Shown: in pieces, positions 51,051 through 64,000 of the stretch
How positions within the stretch are numbered: position 1 is the stretch's first letter
How the letters are laid out: every line of letters starts with the position of its first letter
NCBI GenBank assembly: GCA_951406725.2
Contig: OX597826.1
Span: 46,004,001-46,068,000, forward strand
Direction: 5' to 3'
DNA from: Octopus vulgaris
Lineage: Eukaryota
Length of the DNA: 64,000 bases
The notes under the pieces: generated by a model
The model's database searches: none
What the model was told of the DNA's origin: nothing
Seen by the model: only the letters and a program-made list of their open reading frames with translations
Made by a program: the position numbers and the translations under genes

Positions 51051-51819
51051 CCTTTCTACTATAGGCACAAGGCCCGAAATATTGTGGGGAGGTGTCAAGT
51101 TGATTACATCAACCCCAGTACACAACTGGTACTTAATTTATTGACCCCTTGAAAGGATGAAAGGCAAAGTTGCCCTTGGTGGAATTTGAACTCAGAACAT
51201 AACGGCAGATGAAATACCTATTTCTTTACTACTCACAAGGGGCTAAACACAGAGGGGACAAACAAGGATAGACAAACAGATTAAGTCAATTATATCGACC
51301 CCAGTGCGTAACTGGTACTTATTTAATCAACCCTGAGAGGATGAAAGGCAAAGTCGACCTTGGCGGAATTTGAACTCAGAATGTCGCGGCAGGCAAAATA
51401 CGCTAAGCATTTCAGCCAGCGTGCTAACGATTCCGCCAGCTTGCCACCTTTAACGGTGGTAATAATGGCAACCAGCTACCTGAAGCAGCAGGTAATACTA
51501 GCAGAACTTCACAAAAGATATTCCAAGTTGTTTGGAACACGCACTCTGCCTGTCTATTGTTATACACTCTACAGACTTGCTATATGTGATATGGTAGAGA
51601 TGTTTTTGTGGAATGGTAATTTTTATTTGGTAGCATTATAGAGCAGTGTAAGTGTACATGCAAATGCATACACTCATTCATACACACCGTGGACCACGGA
51701 AAGACATATAGCAAAGTCCACCTTGGCGGAATTTGAGTTTGGAACATAATGATGGATGAAATGCCACAGAGCATTTTGTCTAGCATATTCTGCCAATTCA
51801 CCATTTTTATTCTGTATCT

Positions 51820-52370
51820 AATAATACATGCAGATACTTTTCATATCATCTGCATCTATCATATCATCACGGGTTACATCTCTATCTAACATTGCATGTG
51901 TCATTGTATAATTTCTGATCTCTTCAATCTCAAACAATATGTTGTTTCTGACATTAAAAAAAAAATATATATTCAATATTATATATACCACCTTTGATAT
52001 CTTCTCTATCAAACTAATCATGTGTGATATCTTCTATATCTGACATTACATCTATACTTTATGATACCTTTTATATCAAGCATAACATCTGCCACATTTG
52101 ATATCTTCAGTATTTAATATAACAAACTCTTTCTGATGATATCTTTTATCATCATCTCTGATATCTCTTCTATATCAAACATTAAATCTGTCACTTTGAA
52201 TATCTTTTGTATCTCACATGATAACATCTATTATTTCAGATATCTCGTTTATCTCAGATAACATTTGTTATCTCTTGATACCTCCAATATCTAACAATAA
52301 AGCTGTTATCTCTTGAAATACCTTATATTAGATACAACATCTTCCATTTCTAATATCGTTTAACCATCTA
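51820..52370. repeat. Highly degenerate minisatellite (~35-38-bp unit)
   Basis: Periodic TGATATCTT...TATC...ATAACATCT motifs. Confidence 0.6.
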
Positions 52371-53706
52371 TTATTCCCCATTCACCCCAATCCAGACCAA
52401 CTGTCCGCATCCTCATTTATTTTCACCTTCTTGCTCTTTGAAGGTTTTCTCTGGCATTTCATCATAACCGTCTTATCTTCTTCCCAGCTTCCCTGACTCA
52501 TCTTATATAATGCAGGGTACCTATGTATCTTCTCTACAGCAAGGCACATATGCTTGTACCTCTAACATACTTCAGTCTCCCACCACCTCGCATCAAACCA
52601 CTTACTCTTCCCTCAAATACCCCATCCATTTACCAACAGGAATTTTTTTCTTTTCTTGTTCATTTACTTCTTTCAAGTTCCTTAGCAACACTACCAGTAC
52701 TCATTGTAAAATGATTGGCATTAGAAAGGGCATCCAGCTGTAGAAACCTTGCCAAAGCTGATACAGGAGCTTGGCACAACTCAGCTGTTTGCTGGATCCT
52801 GTCAAAATGTCTAGCCCAAACGAGCATGAAAAACAGACATTAAATGGTGATGACAATGATGACAAACATATCATATGTGGCATCTGTATCCAACATAACA
52901 ATCTGTCATATCTGGTCATTTCTGTGTCTTGAGTTACATTTCATTTCAATATTGTGTTTCTCCACACAAGATTGACAGGAATATGTTTATATTTCACACA
53001 CTAAAAGAAAAGCTAACAAAATGGTAAAAAGAAAATCAGAAACGATAGATATGTACTGCCTTAGTCTTGAAAAGTAAAACAAAAAAACAAAAAACAAAAA
53101 CAAAACAAAACCAGAATCAAAATATGGTGAAAAATAATGGAGTAAATGGAATATAACAATAACAGACCTTATATTTCAAATTCCTGTACTTAATCAGTTA
53201 CAGATGAATATATTTTGTGGATTATCTAAGAGGCGAAGGTGAGCAGAAAATAAATTTGTATGAGAGGATCAGCTGATATATATATATATTCTTTCATTCT
53301 TTTACTTGTTTCAGTCATTTGACTGTGGCCATGCTATGGTACCACCTTAAAGGGTGTTTTAGGAAGAAATTGACCCCCAGGACTTTATTCTTTGTAAGCC
53401 TAGTACTTATTCTATTGGTCCCTTTTGCAGAAACACTAAGTTACGGTCCCAGTGGTTAGAGTGTTGGGCTTACAATCATGAAGTAGTGAGTTCGATTCCT
53501 GTGTTCTTGAGCAAGACAGTTTATTTCATGTTGCTCCTGTTCATTTTTACTTTTTATACACATATACCTGTGTGTGTGTGTGTGTATATATAGACACACA
53601 CACATATGTATATGTAAAAAGTAAAGAAGAACAGGTGCAATGTCCTCATGTTTTTTATTGTTTTTTCTTCCATTTTTTGGATCCTATATATATATAATGG
53701 AAATCC

Positions 53707-53752
53707 CTCTGCTGAAGGGATATCCATAATATCCCAGAAACAGCTGTAAGAC
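53707..53752 (+). ncRNA. Minimal hammerhead motif, CUGCUGA core, weak stem I
   Basis: ct-CTGCTGA-a-gggatat/ccata/atatccc-a-GAAA-cagctg-TA-agac. The downstream ~75 nt resemble 19690-19760 (same family). Confidence 0.55.
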
Positions 53753-56364
53753 TATATGTCTTTTCCCTTATAAATGTCCTGAAGACTCCTCACAGCCTTC
53801 GCTTTGTTATCTCATTTATTCTAATATATATACATATACGCACATGCATAGGTGCAGGTGTGGCTGTGTGGTAAGTAGCTTGCTTCCCAGCCACATGGTT
53901 CTTGATATACATACATACATATCAATCGATCTATCTAGCTTTCTATGAACATATATGTATATGCATGTGTATGAATGTATCTATGGCTATATATATATAT
54001 ATATATATATATATGGAGGCGCAATGGCCCAGTGGTTAGGGCAGTGGACTTGTGGTCGTAGGATCGCGGTTTCGATTCCCAGACCGGGCGTTGTGAGTGT
54101 TTATTGAGCGAAAACACCTAAAAGCTCCACGAGGCTCCGGCAGGGGGTGGTGATCCCTGCTGTACTCTTTCACCACTCTTTCTCCCACTCTTCTGTTGGC
54201 CAGCGGGGTGGCGTCATTCAAAGGCTAAAACAATGCGAACGCATTGTAACCAGCGATGTGTAACAACATCTGATGGTCTGATCACATGATATATATATAT
54301 ATAGGAGTGGCTGTGTGGTAAGTAACTTGCTTACCAACCACATGGTTCTGGGTTCAGTCCTACTGCGTGGCACCTTGGGAAAGTGTCTTCTACTATAGCC
54401 TCAGGCCAACCAAAGTCTTGTGAGTGGATTTGGTAGACGGAAACTGAAAGAAGCCCGTCATATATATAAATGTGTGTGTGTGTGTGTCTATGTTTGTCCC
54501 CCTAACATCGCTTGACAACCAATGCTGGTGTGTTTATCTCCCCGTAACTTATCGGTTCTGTAAAAGAGACCAATAGAATAAGTACTAGGCTTACAAAGAA
54601 TAAGTCCTGGGGTTGATTTGCTCGACAAAAGGCGGTGCTCCAGCATGGCCACAGTCAGATAACTGAAACAAGTAAAAGAGTAAAAGAGTATATATATCTG
54701 TGAGAGTGTGTATACTTCCTCACTGCTGTGTGATACATGGAACTAATCAGTAATCACACAGGATGGTGATTACATTTGTAGAGATACAGACAAACATCTG
54801 GAGCTTTCTGCTGTCTTGAACAGTGGGTGCCATTGGTGGTAGCAGTAGTATAGAGATCAGCGTATACATATATATATATATGTGTGTGTACATAAATGTA
54901 TACATATGCACCTGTGAGAGTGTACGTGCGTGCATGCGTGTGCTGAATGCCATGGTTACAGAAACTGGTGTAAGGTAGATTTGACGGTGGTAATGGTGGT
55001 GATGGAGGTGGTGGTGGTGGTGTGATGGTGGTGATGGTGATGGTGGTGGTGGAGAAAGTATGGTCAGATAACTGGCAAGTTATTATGGCAGGAAGTAAGT
55101 ACAAGATATGTTTATTCAGTTGGTACAAGTGGCAGCTTCATTGTTTAGTGGATGGTAGAGAATAGTTTCATTAAGGATCAACATTAATAATAATTCCTTC
55201 TCAGTACCCTCCCACTGCCGACGCCTGCTGTTGTTGTTGTTGCTGCTGTTGTTGTTGTTATTGGCAAGTGGGTCAATCGAGTAAAAAGCATTGATCTGTC
55301 AAGTGAGTCTTCAGCAATGAATTAAAAAAAAAACCCAACAGCGCTGCTGCTTTCTACATATCAGTCAGTCTCCGACTTATTACCCCAGTTGTAAAAGAAT
55401 GGCCTACGAAAAATAATAATATTGATTTGGTGGAGCAAAAAGAAGGAGAGATAGCACCCTGCCCTTCTCTCCACCCCTCACCCTTGCTTCCACGCCCGCC
55501 CCCCCCCACCTCCGCCATCGCTACCATTGCCGCCGCCGCCTCCGCCAACGCCAGAAACTTTCTGGCAAGTAAGTTTTTGCAGCTGTTAGTTTATATATTT
55601 GACCTCAGTGAATAATGAATCCACAATATGGTAGATAAAAATATTTACATGCCACTCTTTGGGCTCTGGTGTTGTTTCAGTTTTTCATAGACATTTTTAC
55701 AGGATGAGAAAGAAGAAACGAAGGAGAGAAAGGAAGAAAGCAACATACAAAAGGGAAGAGAGAGAGAGAGAGGGAGAGAGGGAGAGAGAGATGAAGGAAT
55801 AGAAGAGACTATCTCTGAAGAATTTAATTATTATTTGGATACAGTTTAATGCGATTTCAACAAACGGCTCTCTCGGACAATTGACGCCAACATATATTTA
55901 TAAATAAATTCCCCTTCATCAATAAAATAGCAGGAATGGTGGCGGTGGGTGGGTGGGTGGGGTTGCTACTCAAACTGGCTGGCAATGTCTTTACTCACCA
56001 ACACACTATTTCTCATAGCTACAATGGTCACACACCTTCTCTGAAATCACTAGTTGCATGGATCCCTCAATCTACGTTCATACACCTCTCCTTCCTTTCC
56101 ACTTTCTATTGCATCTCACCCAACCTCCCTCCAAGACCAACATTAAATAATTTTTCCCAATCCTTCCTTCACAGAGGCCGCCACCACCATGACTGCAAAA
56201 CTCCGATTTACAGATGTTTCAGCTGATCATAAACTCATGATTTCAAACGTGAAGTTAATGGACGTAGTAGCCATATCATAATTTGTAAATTATTTTCAGT
56301 AGTGAAATCAAATGTATATTGATATACATTTAATATTCACACTCAATTAAACTATCAGCATAAT

Positions 56365-56528
56365 GGTTCCAGAAGACTGTTCTGAAACTTTTACAGTTCC
56401 AGTAGACTGTTTCAGAACTTTTATTTTCCAGAAGACTGTTCCAGAACAGTTACTTTTCCATAAGATTGTTCCAAAACTTTTATTGTTTTGTAAGACTTTC
56501 CCCAAAGACTTTTCCAGATATTGTTCCA
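56365..56528. repeat. Degenerate ~30-bp tandem repeat
   Basis: GTTCCAGAAGACTGTTCCAGAACTTTTA-like unit, about 5 copies. Confidence 0.7.
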
Positions 56529-56905
56529 CCCAGCTCTTGGGTGCTTTTAAAAGAATACACTCTACTGCATGAATTCAAGATTGCTCTCCAGTTCAAGAGT
56601 GACTCCCTCCAGCTCTCCATTTCTTCCACCAATATCAGAGGCCCTGAGACACTGGAAAGGGTCATGGCAATTACATATTCCCACTACAACTAATCTTTAC
56701 TCTTTTACTCGCTTCAGTCATTTGACTGCAGCCATGCTGGAGCACCGCCTTTAGTCAAGCAAATCAACCCCAGGACTTATTCTTTGTAAGCATAGTACTT
56801 ATTCTATCGGTCTCTTTTGCCAAACCACTAAGTTACGGGGATGTAAACACACCAGCATCAGTTGTCAAGCGATGTTGGGGGGGGGGGGGGCAAACATATG
56901 CACGC

Positions 56906-56948
<43 letters not shown>

Positions 56949-57160
56949 CACATATATATATACACACACACAAATATATGATGGGCTTCTTTCAGTTTCC
57001 GTCTACCAAAGTGGCCATGTGGTAAGTAGTTTGCTTACCAACCACATGATTCCGGGTTCAGTCCCACTGCGTGGCACCTTTAGTGTCTTCTACTATTGCC
57101 TCAGGTCGGCCAAAGCCTTGTGAGTGGATTTGGTAGACGGAAACTGAAAGAAGCTCATCG

Positions 57161-57197
<37 letters not shown>

Positions 57198-58069
57198 GTA
57201 TGTGTGTGTATATGTTTGTGTGTCTGTGTTTGTCCCCCACAACATCGCTTGACAACTGATGCTGGTGTAGTGGTTCGGCAAAAGATTCCGATAGAATAAG
57301 TACAAGGCTTACAAAGAAAAAGTCCTGTGGTTGATTTGTTCAACTAAAGGCGGTGCTCCAGCATGGCCACAGCCAAATGACTGAAACAAATAAAAGAATA
57401 CCAGAACATACAGTTTTGACATATGCACTGTATGTAAGTGAAAAGCCATTTTTCATATAAATGGTGGCATTTGTGTATAATTCTTAGTGAAAGCCTGTAC
57501 AAGATATTTGTTGTTTGGTAAACTATAAGAATATATTATCTTGCATTGAAGCAGGTGAGATTTGATGACAGGAAGGGCATCCAAATATAGAAAATTCTGT
57601 CTCAGCACACTTTCAGCTGACTCACACAAGCATAGAAAAATATATGTTTAAATGATGACGATGATGGTAACATGTCATTTGACGAGCTGCACATGGTGTG
57701 CTAAAGGGGTGGTTTCCTTGCCAAATCACCAAATGATTATTTTTTAGCAGTACGCAAGTTGAGGCAAAACAGATATGAGTGACGTGTTTATAAACAGAAC
57801 AATATCCCCAGCTAGGAATTTGAACTCATGATGCATGAGTTCGTAGTATTCCGTTACTTTTATTGAATGCTGCACTATTCCAACTTGAACCAAAACCCAG
57901 AACAAAAAAGGCTGACAGAATTGATAAAAAGAAAACAAAAGCAACTGAAAATTAAGAATTGTTTCGTTAGCTCATGTGAAACAATGTGAGATGTGAGATT
58001 AGAAACCCCCTATAGGTACTCCTGGAGTTTAGGTTCATAAGCAAATGAGAGACAGAGAAAGACACAGAA

Positions 58070-58109
<40 letters not shown>

Positions 58110-58479
58110 TGTTTCAAGTCTGACCTAAATAAAACACACACACACACACACACATACACAAAGAAAAAAAGCCCAGTTAAAAGCCCAGTTCTAATAACAA
58201 AGACACAGCCATCGGAACAGAACATCGGAACGTCGCATAATAAAAACCAGCTCTACTGGCCTATTCTTCTGGAAGTATAAAGACGGGAGAAACTTCTTAA
58301 TTATAATGCATTGTCGAAAGTAGAAAGAAAACTCCCCGGCTCAGCAAAGAAAGCAAAAATATATTGGAATGTTGAGACAGAATTCTATTGTGTCTCATTG
58401 TCTAAAGCTGTTTATTTGTTTGCTTTTAAAGCATAATAGGCCATTATTATGAGACTACTGTGTGTCAAACAGTACAAAC

Positions 58480-58865
58480 ACTACCATGTTAATAACAATA
58501 ACAACAGCAACAAGAACAACAACAATAATAATAGTAGCTGTAGTGGTAGTAGTGGTGGTGGTGGTGGTGGTCTTTTCTTTTATTGCCACAGGGGTAATGG
58601 ATAGGGTGACATTAATAATGATGACAATGATGATCATGATGATGATGATGGTGGTAGCAGTAGTGGCAGTAGTTTCTTTTATTGCCACAGGGGAAATGGA
58701 TGGGGCAATACTAATAATAATGGGGATGGTGGTAGTAGTAATAACACCACAAACAACATCAATAATAATAGTAGTAGTATTAATAGTAGAATTACTACTA
58801 GCAGCAGCAGCAGCAGTGGTCTTAATAACAACAATAACAATGATAATAATTAATAATAGTAATAA

Positions 58866-58896
<31 letters not shown>

Positions 58897-58900
58897 AGAG

Positions 58901-58945
<45 letters not shown>

Positions 58946-58969
58946 GAGATAATAATAATAATAATAGAG

Positions 58970-59014
<45 letters not shown>

Positions 59015-59056
59015 GAGATAATAATAATAATAATAGAGATAATAATAATAATAGAG

Positions 59057-59090
<34 letters not shown>

Positions 59091-59180
59091 TGATGATGAT
59101 GATAATAGTGATGATGATAATAATAACAGTAATGCTTTCTTTGTTAACCACTAATAATAAGAACAACAACAACAACAATA
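58480..59180. repeat. (AAT)n-based trinucleotide block with AGAGAT interruptions
   Basis: Direct reading; explains ORF 58462..59154. Confidence 0.92.
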
Positions 59181-60219
59181 GCAAAAATGGTGAAATTATT
59201 CTGCAGTTCCTCTATAAAGCTATTGTTGTCAACAGGGAGAGATAAACCAAGACATCTTAATAATAACACAGAAATAGACTTGCAGCAGCACCTCAGGAAA
59301 TATCAACCGAAATAAATGGTTTTGGTGAAAAATGGAAGAAGGGTGGGGGGTGGGGGGACAGAAGGAAGAACCAAAAACAACAAAAAAAAACAAAAACAAA
59401 AACCTACCAACTCTTCCTCATCCCACTACCCTGAGTTATCTTAGATGTATGCATCTTTGAGTGTATGTCGTCTGCAGCGAGTGCTTCTTGTATTACAATA
59501 GTTTGAGTGAATGTGTGAGGAAGAAAGAAAGAGAGAGAGAGATAGAGTATGTGAGAGTCCATGTGTGCGTTATGAATGGTGGTATTTGGGACTATATCAA
59601 ACTATTCCAACTACATGGTTCTAGGTTCAGTTCCACTGTGCGACACCTTGGGCAAGTGTCTTCTACTATAGCCCTGAGTTGACCAAACTGAAAGAAGCCT
59701 GTCATATATCATCATCATCATCATCATCATCATTGTTTAACGTCCGCTTTCCATGCTAGCATGGGTTGGACGGTTCAACTGGGGTCTGGGGAGCCCGAAG
59801 GCTGCACCAGGCCAGTCAGATCTGGCAGTGTTTCTACAGCTGGATGCCCTTCCTAACGCCAACCACTCCGAGAGTGTAGTGGGTGATTTTATGTGCCACC
59901 GACACAGGTGCCAGACGAGGCTGGCAGACGGCCACGCTCGGATGGTGTTTTTTATGTGCCACCGACACACCATATAAATTATAGTTGTTTAATGAAACCA
60001 GACTAAATTTATGATTATGTTAGAAATCCATTGAAACACATAAGGGGTGTATTTTTGTTAGAAATATAGTAACGAAAGGTTTAACATTGTTTACCGCAAT
60101 CAAACTGTACCAGTTAAAAGCAAATGAATAGTCAAATGAGCATATCAGACTGCTGCAGAAGATATATATATATATGTGTGTGTGTGTGTGTATCTCTCTC
60201 TTTCTCTCTCTCTCTCTCT

Positions 60220-60262
<43 letters not shown>

Positions 60263-60621
60263 CGCAGGAGTGGCTGTGTGGTAAGTATCTTGCTAACCAA
60301 CCACATGGTTCCGGGTTCAGTCCCTCTGCGTGGAATCTTGGGCAAGTGTCTTCTGCTATAGCCCCGGGCCGACTAATGTCTTGTGAGTGGATTTGGTAGA
60401 TGGAAACTGAAAGAAGCCTGTCGTATATATGTATATATATATATGTGTATGTGTGTGTGTTTGTGTGTCTGTGTTTGTCCCACTAGCATTGCTGGTGTGT
60501 TTACGTCCCCGTCACTTAGTGGTTCGGCAAAAAGAGACCGATAGAACACACACACATATAGCTATGCATACTCGATGTATGTACAATAGATCTTTCTATT
60601 TCCCTCTACTAAAAGCATACA

Positions 60622-60930
60622 TGGAGGCGCAATGGCCCAGTGGTTAGGGCAGCGGACTCGTGGTTGGAGGATAGTGGTTTCGATTCCCAGACTGGGCGTT
60701 GTGTGTGTTTATTGAGCAAAAACACCTAAAGCTCCACGAGGCTCCGGCAGGGGGTTGTGGTGACCCCTGTTGTACTTTTTTGCCCCAACTTTTTCTCACT
60801 CTTTCCTCCTGTTTCTTGAGTAATGCTGCAATGGACTGGTGTCCCGCCCAGCTGGGGGGGGGGGGGAACACATATGCCATAGAAACCAGAAAACTGGGCC
60901 CATGAGCCTGGCTATGCTTGAAAAGGGCAC
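60622..60930 (+). mobile_element. tRNA-derived SINE family C (representative copy)
   Basis: TGGAGGCGCAATGGCCCAGTGGTTAGGGCAGCGGACTCG...GGTTTCGATTCCC tRNA-like head. Copies at 14490-14766 (-), 54014 and 61496; related heads at 3374 and 46981. Confidence 0.8.
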
Positions 60931-61255
60931 ATAAAAATAATAAAGCATACATACATATTACACACACACACACTTTTACATTCTTCCTGAGCGTTAAACT
61001 AGAACACTGACTTGTTGTTCCCCATCTACCTTTGTCTTTTTTTTCTCTGTAAATTCAAATTTTATATATATATATATGTATATATAAAATAATTGAGGTG
61101 GCTATATATATGTATACACAAAGTATGGGGGTTTAGTTCACAGGTGATCTAAATGATTAGGTATGCTAGGTATGTGCTGTAACAGATTACTAGGGCTCCA
61201 AGGTTATAGTCGAAATGGTAGTTATGGAGCCATTGCAAATTTCCGACACAGTGGA

Positions 61256-61480
61256 TATATAATTGTTAAAGAGGACAACAAATGTTGAAGGCAAGGCAAA
61301 CATCTCAAGTCATATACATCATTATTATTATTATTTGTCTCTGATGACGGAATATCCCATACTCAGGGATATCCCCGAAACAGCTGTAAAACTTTGAATT
61401 TTTTCCAATGATAATAATGTACATGACTTGAGATGTTTGCCTTGCCTTAACGTTTGTTGTTCACTTTAACAATCATATAT
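61256..61480. repeat. Inverted repeat (~70-bp arms) enclosing a hammerhead motif
   Basis: ttgttaaagaggacaacaaatgttgaaggcaaggcaaacatctcaagtcat versus atgacttgagatgtttgccttgccttaacgtttgttgttcactttaacaa. Confidence 0.75.
61337..61392 (+). ncRNA. Minimal hammerhead motif in the loop of an inverted repeat
   Basis: gtct-CTGATGA-c-ggaatatccc/atactca/gggatatccc-c-GAAA-cagctg-TA-aaac. Confidence 0.7.
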
Positions 61481-61928
61481 ATATATATATATATATGGAG
61501 GCGCAATGGCCGAGTGGTTAGGGCAGCGGACTTGCGGTCAGAGGATCGCGGTTTCGATTCCCAGACCGGGCGTTGTGTGTGTTTATTGAGCGAAAACACC
61601 TAAAAGCTCCACGAGGCTCCGGCAGGGGATGGTGGTGATCCCTGCTGTACTCTTTCACCACTCTAAAGGCGGTGCTCCAGCATGGCCGCAGTCAAATGAC
61701 TGAAACAAGTACAAAAAAAAAAAAAAAAAATATATACATATATACCAATAGAATAAGTACTAGGCTTACAAAGAATAAGTCCTGGGGTTAATATCTTTGA
61801 CTAACAACCTTTAAGATGGTGCTCCAGCATGGCCACAGTTAAATGACTGAAACAAAAGAATATATATACATATATATATATATATATACATGCACACAAA
61901 TACACACATATACATACAGTAGATATTG

Positions 61929-61959
<31 letters not shown>

Positions 61960-62652
61960 TTGTCTATGTGAATGTTTACAATCTGTGTTAAGCTGCAGCT
62001 ACAGATGGTGACATCACTGTGTGGCTGTGAGACAATCAGTGATGCATGCAAAGCAAGGAAAAAGTGGACGTTAAAACGATAATGACACAAAATGGTGAGG
62101 GGGTGATGACAAGGATGATGGCGACATTGAAACCCTCAAAGATCACGGTGGTAGAATTGTCCGGGGTCAAGGGACGAGATTTTCAGAGCTGGTGCATGAA
62201 AATGAGCGTAACGTAAAAAGTGTGATATACGGGTGATTAGAAAATGTGAATGGGTCAGATCCTTGCTGATGAGAGTGGGATGGGGGACAATTCAGGATGG
62301 TGATGGTGATGGCTATTAGTTGCATGCTCTGTCTCTTAGTTATAGCCCAAATGAGGGATACAACTGAACCTACATCCCTTAGCAGGGAAAGTTGAATTCC
62401 TATGCAATAAAATTCATGAGGATGACATCATCAACACCATCACAATCATTATTATTATTATTATTATTATTAATATCATTATTGTTGTTTTGTTATTTCT
62501 GTTATTACTACTATATATATATATATTATCAATATATATATATATATATTATCATTATTGCTTTATCATTTTGATCATCATCATGAGTATTCTACTTATT
62601 ACTGTTTTATTCTTACAGCTTTACTATTGTTACCACAGTTATTATTATTAAG

Positions 62653-62687
<35 letters not shown>

Positions 62688-63435
62688 AAGTATTACTGTA
62701 AAGCCAACGGTGCTCTCAGTGTGTAGGAAGGAAGAAGCAGGAACAGGAACGAAAATTGTGGAGCAATTCATTAACGAAAAAAAGCTGCGGCATTTACAAT
62801 GAAACAACATCTCAATGATATTCTTTCTATCTATGAATATTATTAGATTCCCTCACCAGTAGTGATATGTGGCAAAAAAAAAAAAAAACGGCAAAAAAAA
62901 AAAAGAAAAGAAAAAGGAAACAAAGAGAGAGTGAGAAACAATGGCGTATATAATAAAATAAAAGTTACATGCCTCGATGATTGTACTGAACAGTCTGGTA
63001 ATGCTCCACTGCTTGCATTTTCCCCAGACATAATACACATGCAATGCGAGTTTATTGTTTTCCTTGCCTCATCCTTTGACATTGCAACACTGAGCTTGTT
63101 AACAATTGAAACTCACTAGTTGTTTTTATTTATTTATTATTATTATCATTTTTTTTTTTTTTTTTTTTTACATTGCTAACCAATCAACGGTGGCAGCAGT
63201 GGTGGCCTTGGTGGGAAAAAAAACCAAAACACCAAATAAAAAAAAAACAAAAAAAAAAACAGCAGTGGTGATGAAGATGAAGGCCTGCCTGAAGTCTGAA
63301 CTGGCACTGACAGATATATTCAGTAGAGCAAGAAGAAGCGGGTGTATTTTTGGTTTAGAATAATAAATATTGATGCCGTCAATAATTATTTCAATTCAGT
63401 GTTAGTAATCAAGGGGAGGGGAGAGAGAGAGAGAC

Positions 63436-63501
<66 letters not shown>

Positions 63502-63609
63502 TGTGGAGAATGGCAAAAGAATAAAAATTATATTCTATTGTTTGGTTTTAATCTAACATTTTCCAGCAAACTATTATTCTTTGTTGGAGAATAGCAAAAA
63601 AAAAAAAAA

Positions 63610-63678
<69 letters not shown>

Positions 63679-64000
63679 GACAGAAACCAAGTAACTAAAT
63701 GATTTGACCATTACAAAAAAAAAAAAGAAAGAAAAAGTAAAAAAAAAACAAAAGCAAAAAAACAAAAAAAAAAACAAAACAACCCACTTCTCTGTTGTAC
63801 TGGCCAAGAACTATTTAATGGAGTTAGAGAAAGATTATTCAAAAAAAGTGAAAGCAGAGCAGTCTATGTAAGCTTTTCTCATCCTGGCAACAAAGGAACA
63901 CAGTTGATTCCCCTTTGACTGTGAGGCATCGAATTTCTTTTGTACTACCACAAAAAAAACGCCACACAATCAACATACATTCACCATTACAGTACAAACA

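Noticed and set aside
58462-59154. 230-aa ORF with poly-Asn and hydrophobic runs
   Set aside because: Trinucleotide repeat translation with no splice or homology support.
60622-60695. tRNA-like sequences at SINE heads (also 3374, 46981, 54014, 61496)
   Set aside because: They run directly into SINE bodies and lack a clean acceptor stem and terminator, so they are not called as tRNA genes.

Overview
AT-rich, repeat-dense animal genomic DNA. The SINE repertoire and microsatellite load point to an Octopus species (inference). Two convergent spliced genes can be assembled by hand from GT-AG boundaries with consistent intron phases. MED16 (Mediator subunit 16) lies on +, with 7 coding exons from 342 to 15899 and its 5' end upstream of the window. 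A branched-chain aminotransferase (BCAT) lies on -, with 6 coding exons from 38244 down to the stop at 24594; its upstream exons appear to lie beyond 64000, behind an intron of more than 25 kb. The rest is SINEs (at least four families), mariner and hAT elements and MITEs, two non-autonomous Helitrons, CR1 and RTE LINE tails, a truncated 5S rRNA copy, minisatellites and microsatellites. Nearly all other listed ORFs are repeat artefacts. The most interesting unannotated signal is a set of at least 7 minimal type-I hammerhead-ribozyme motifs, several inside small fold-back Penelope-like or retrozyme-like elements. They include a copy with a compensatory G3-C8 core swap in a young insertion with a 13-bp target-site duplication (TSD), a family with an A6U core, and a family with X-X mismatches at the base of stem II. 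A SINE-mediated ~1.3-kb tandem duplication with a chimeric junction SINE is also visible. No database searches were run; family names come from recalled motifs.
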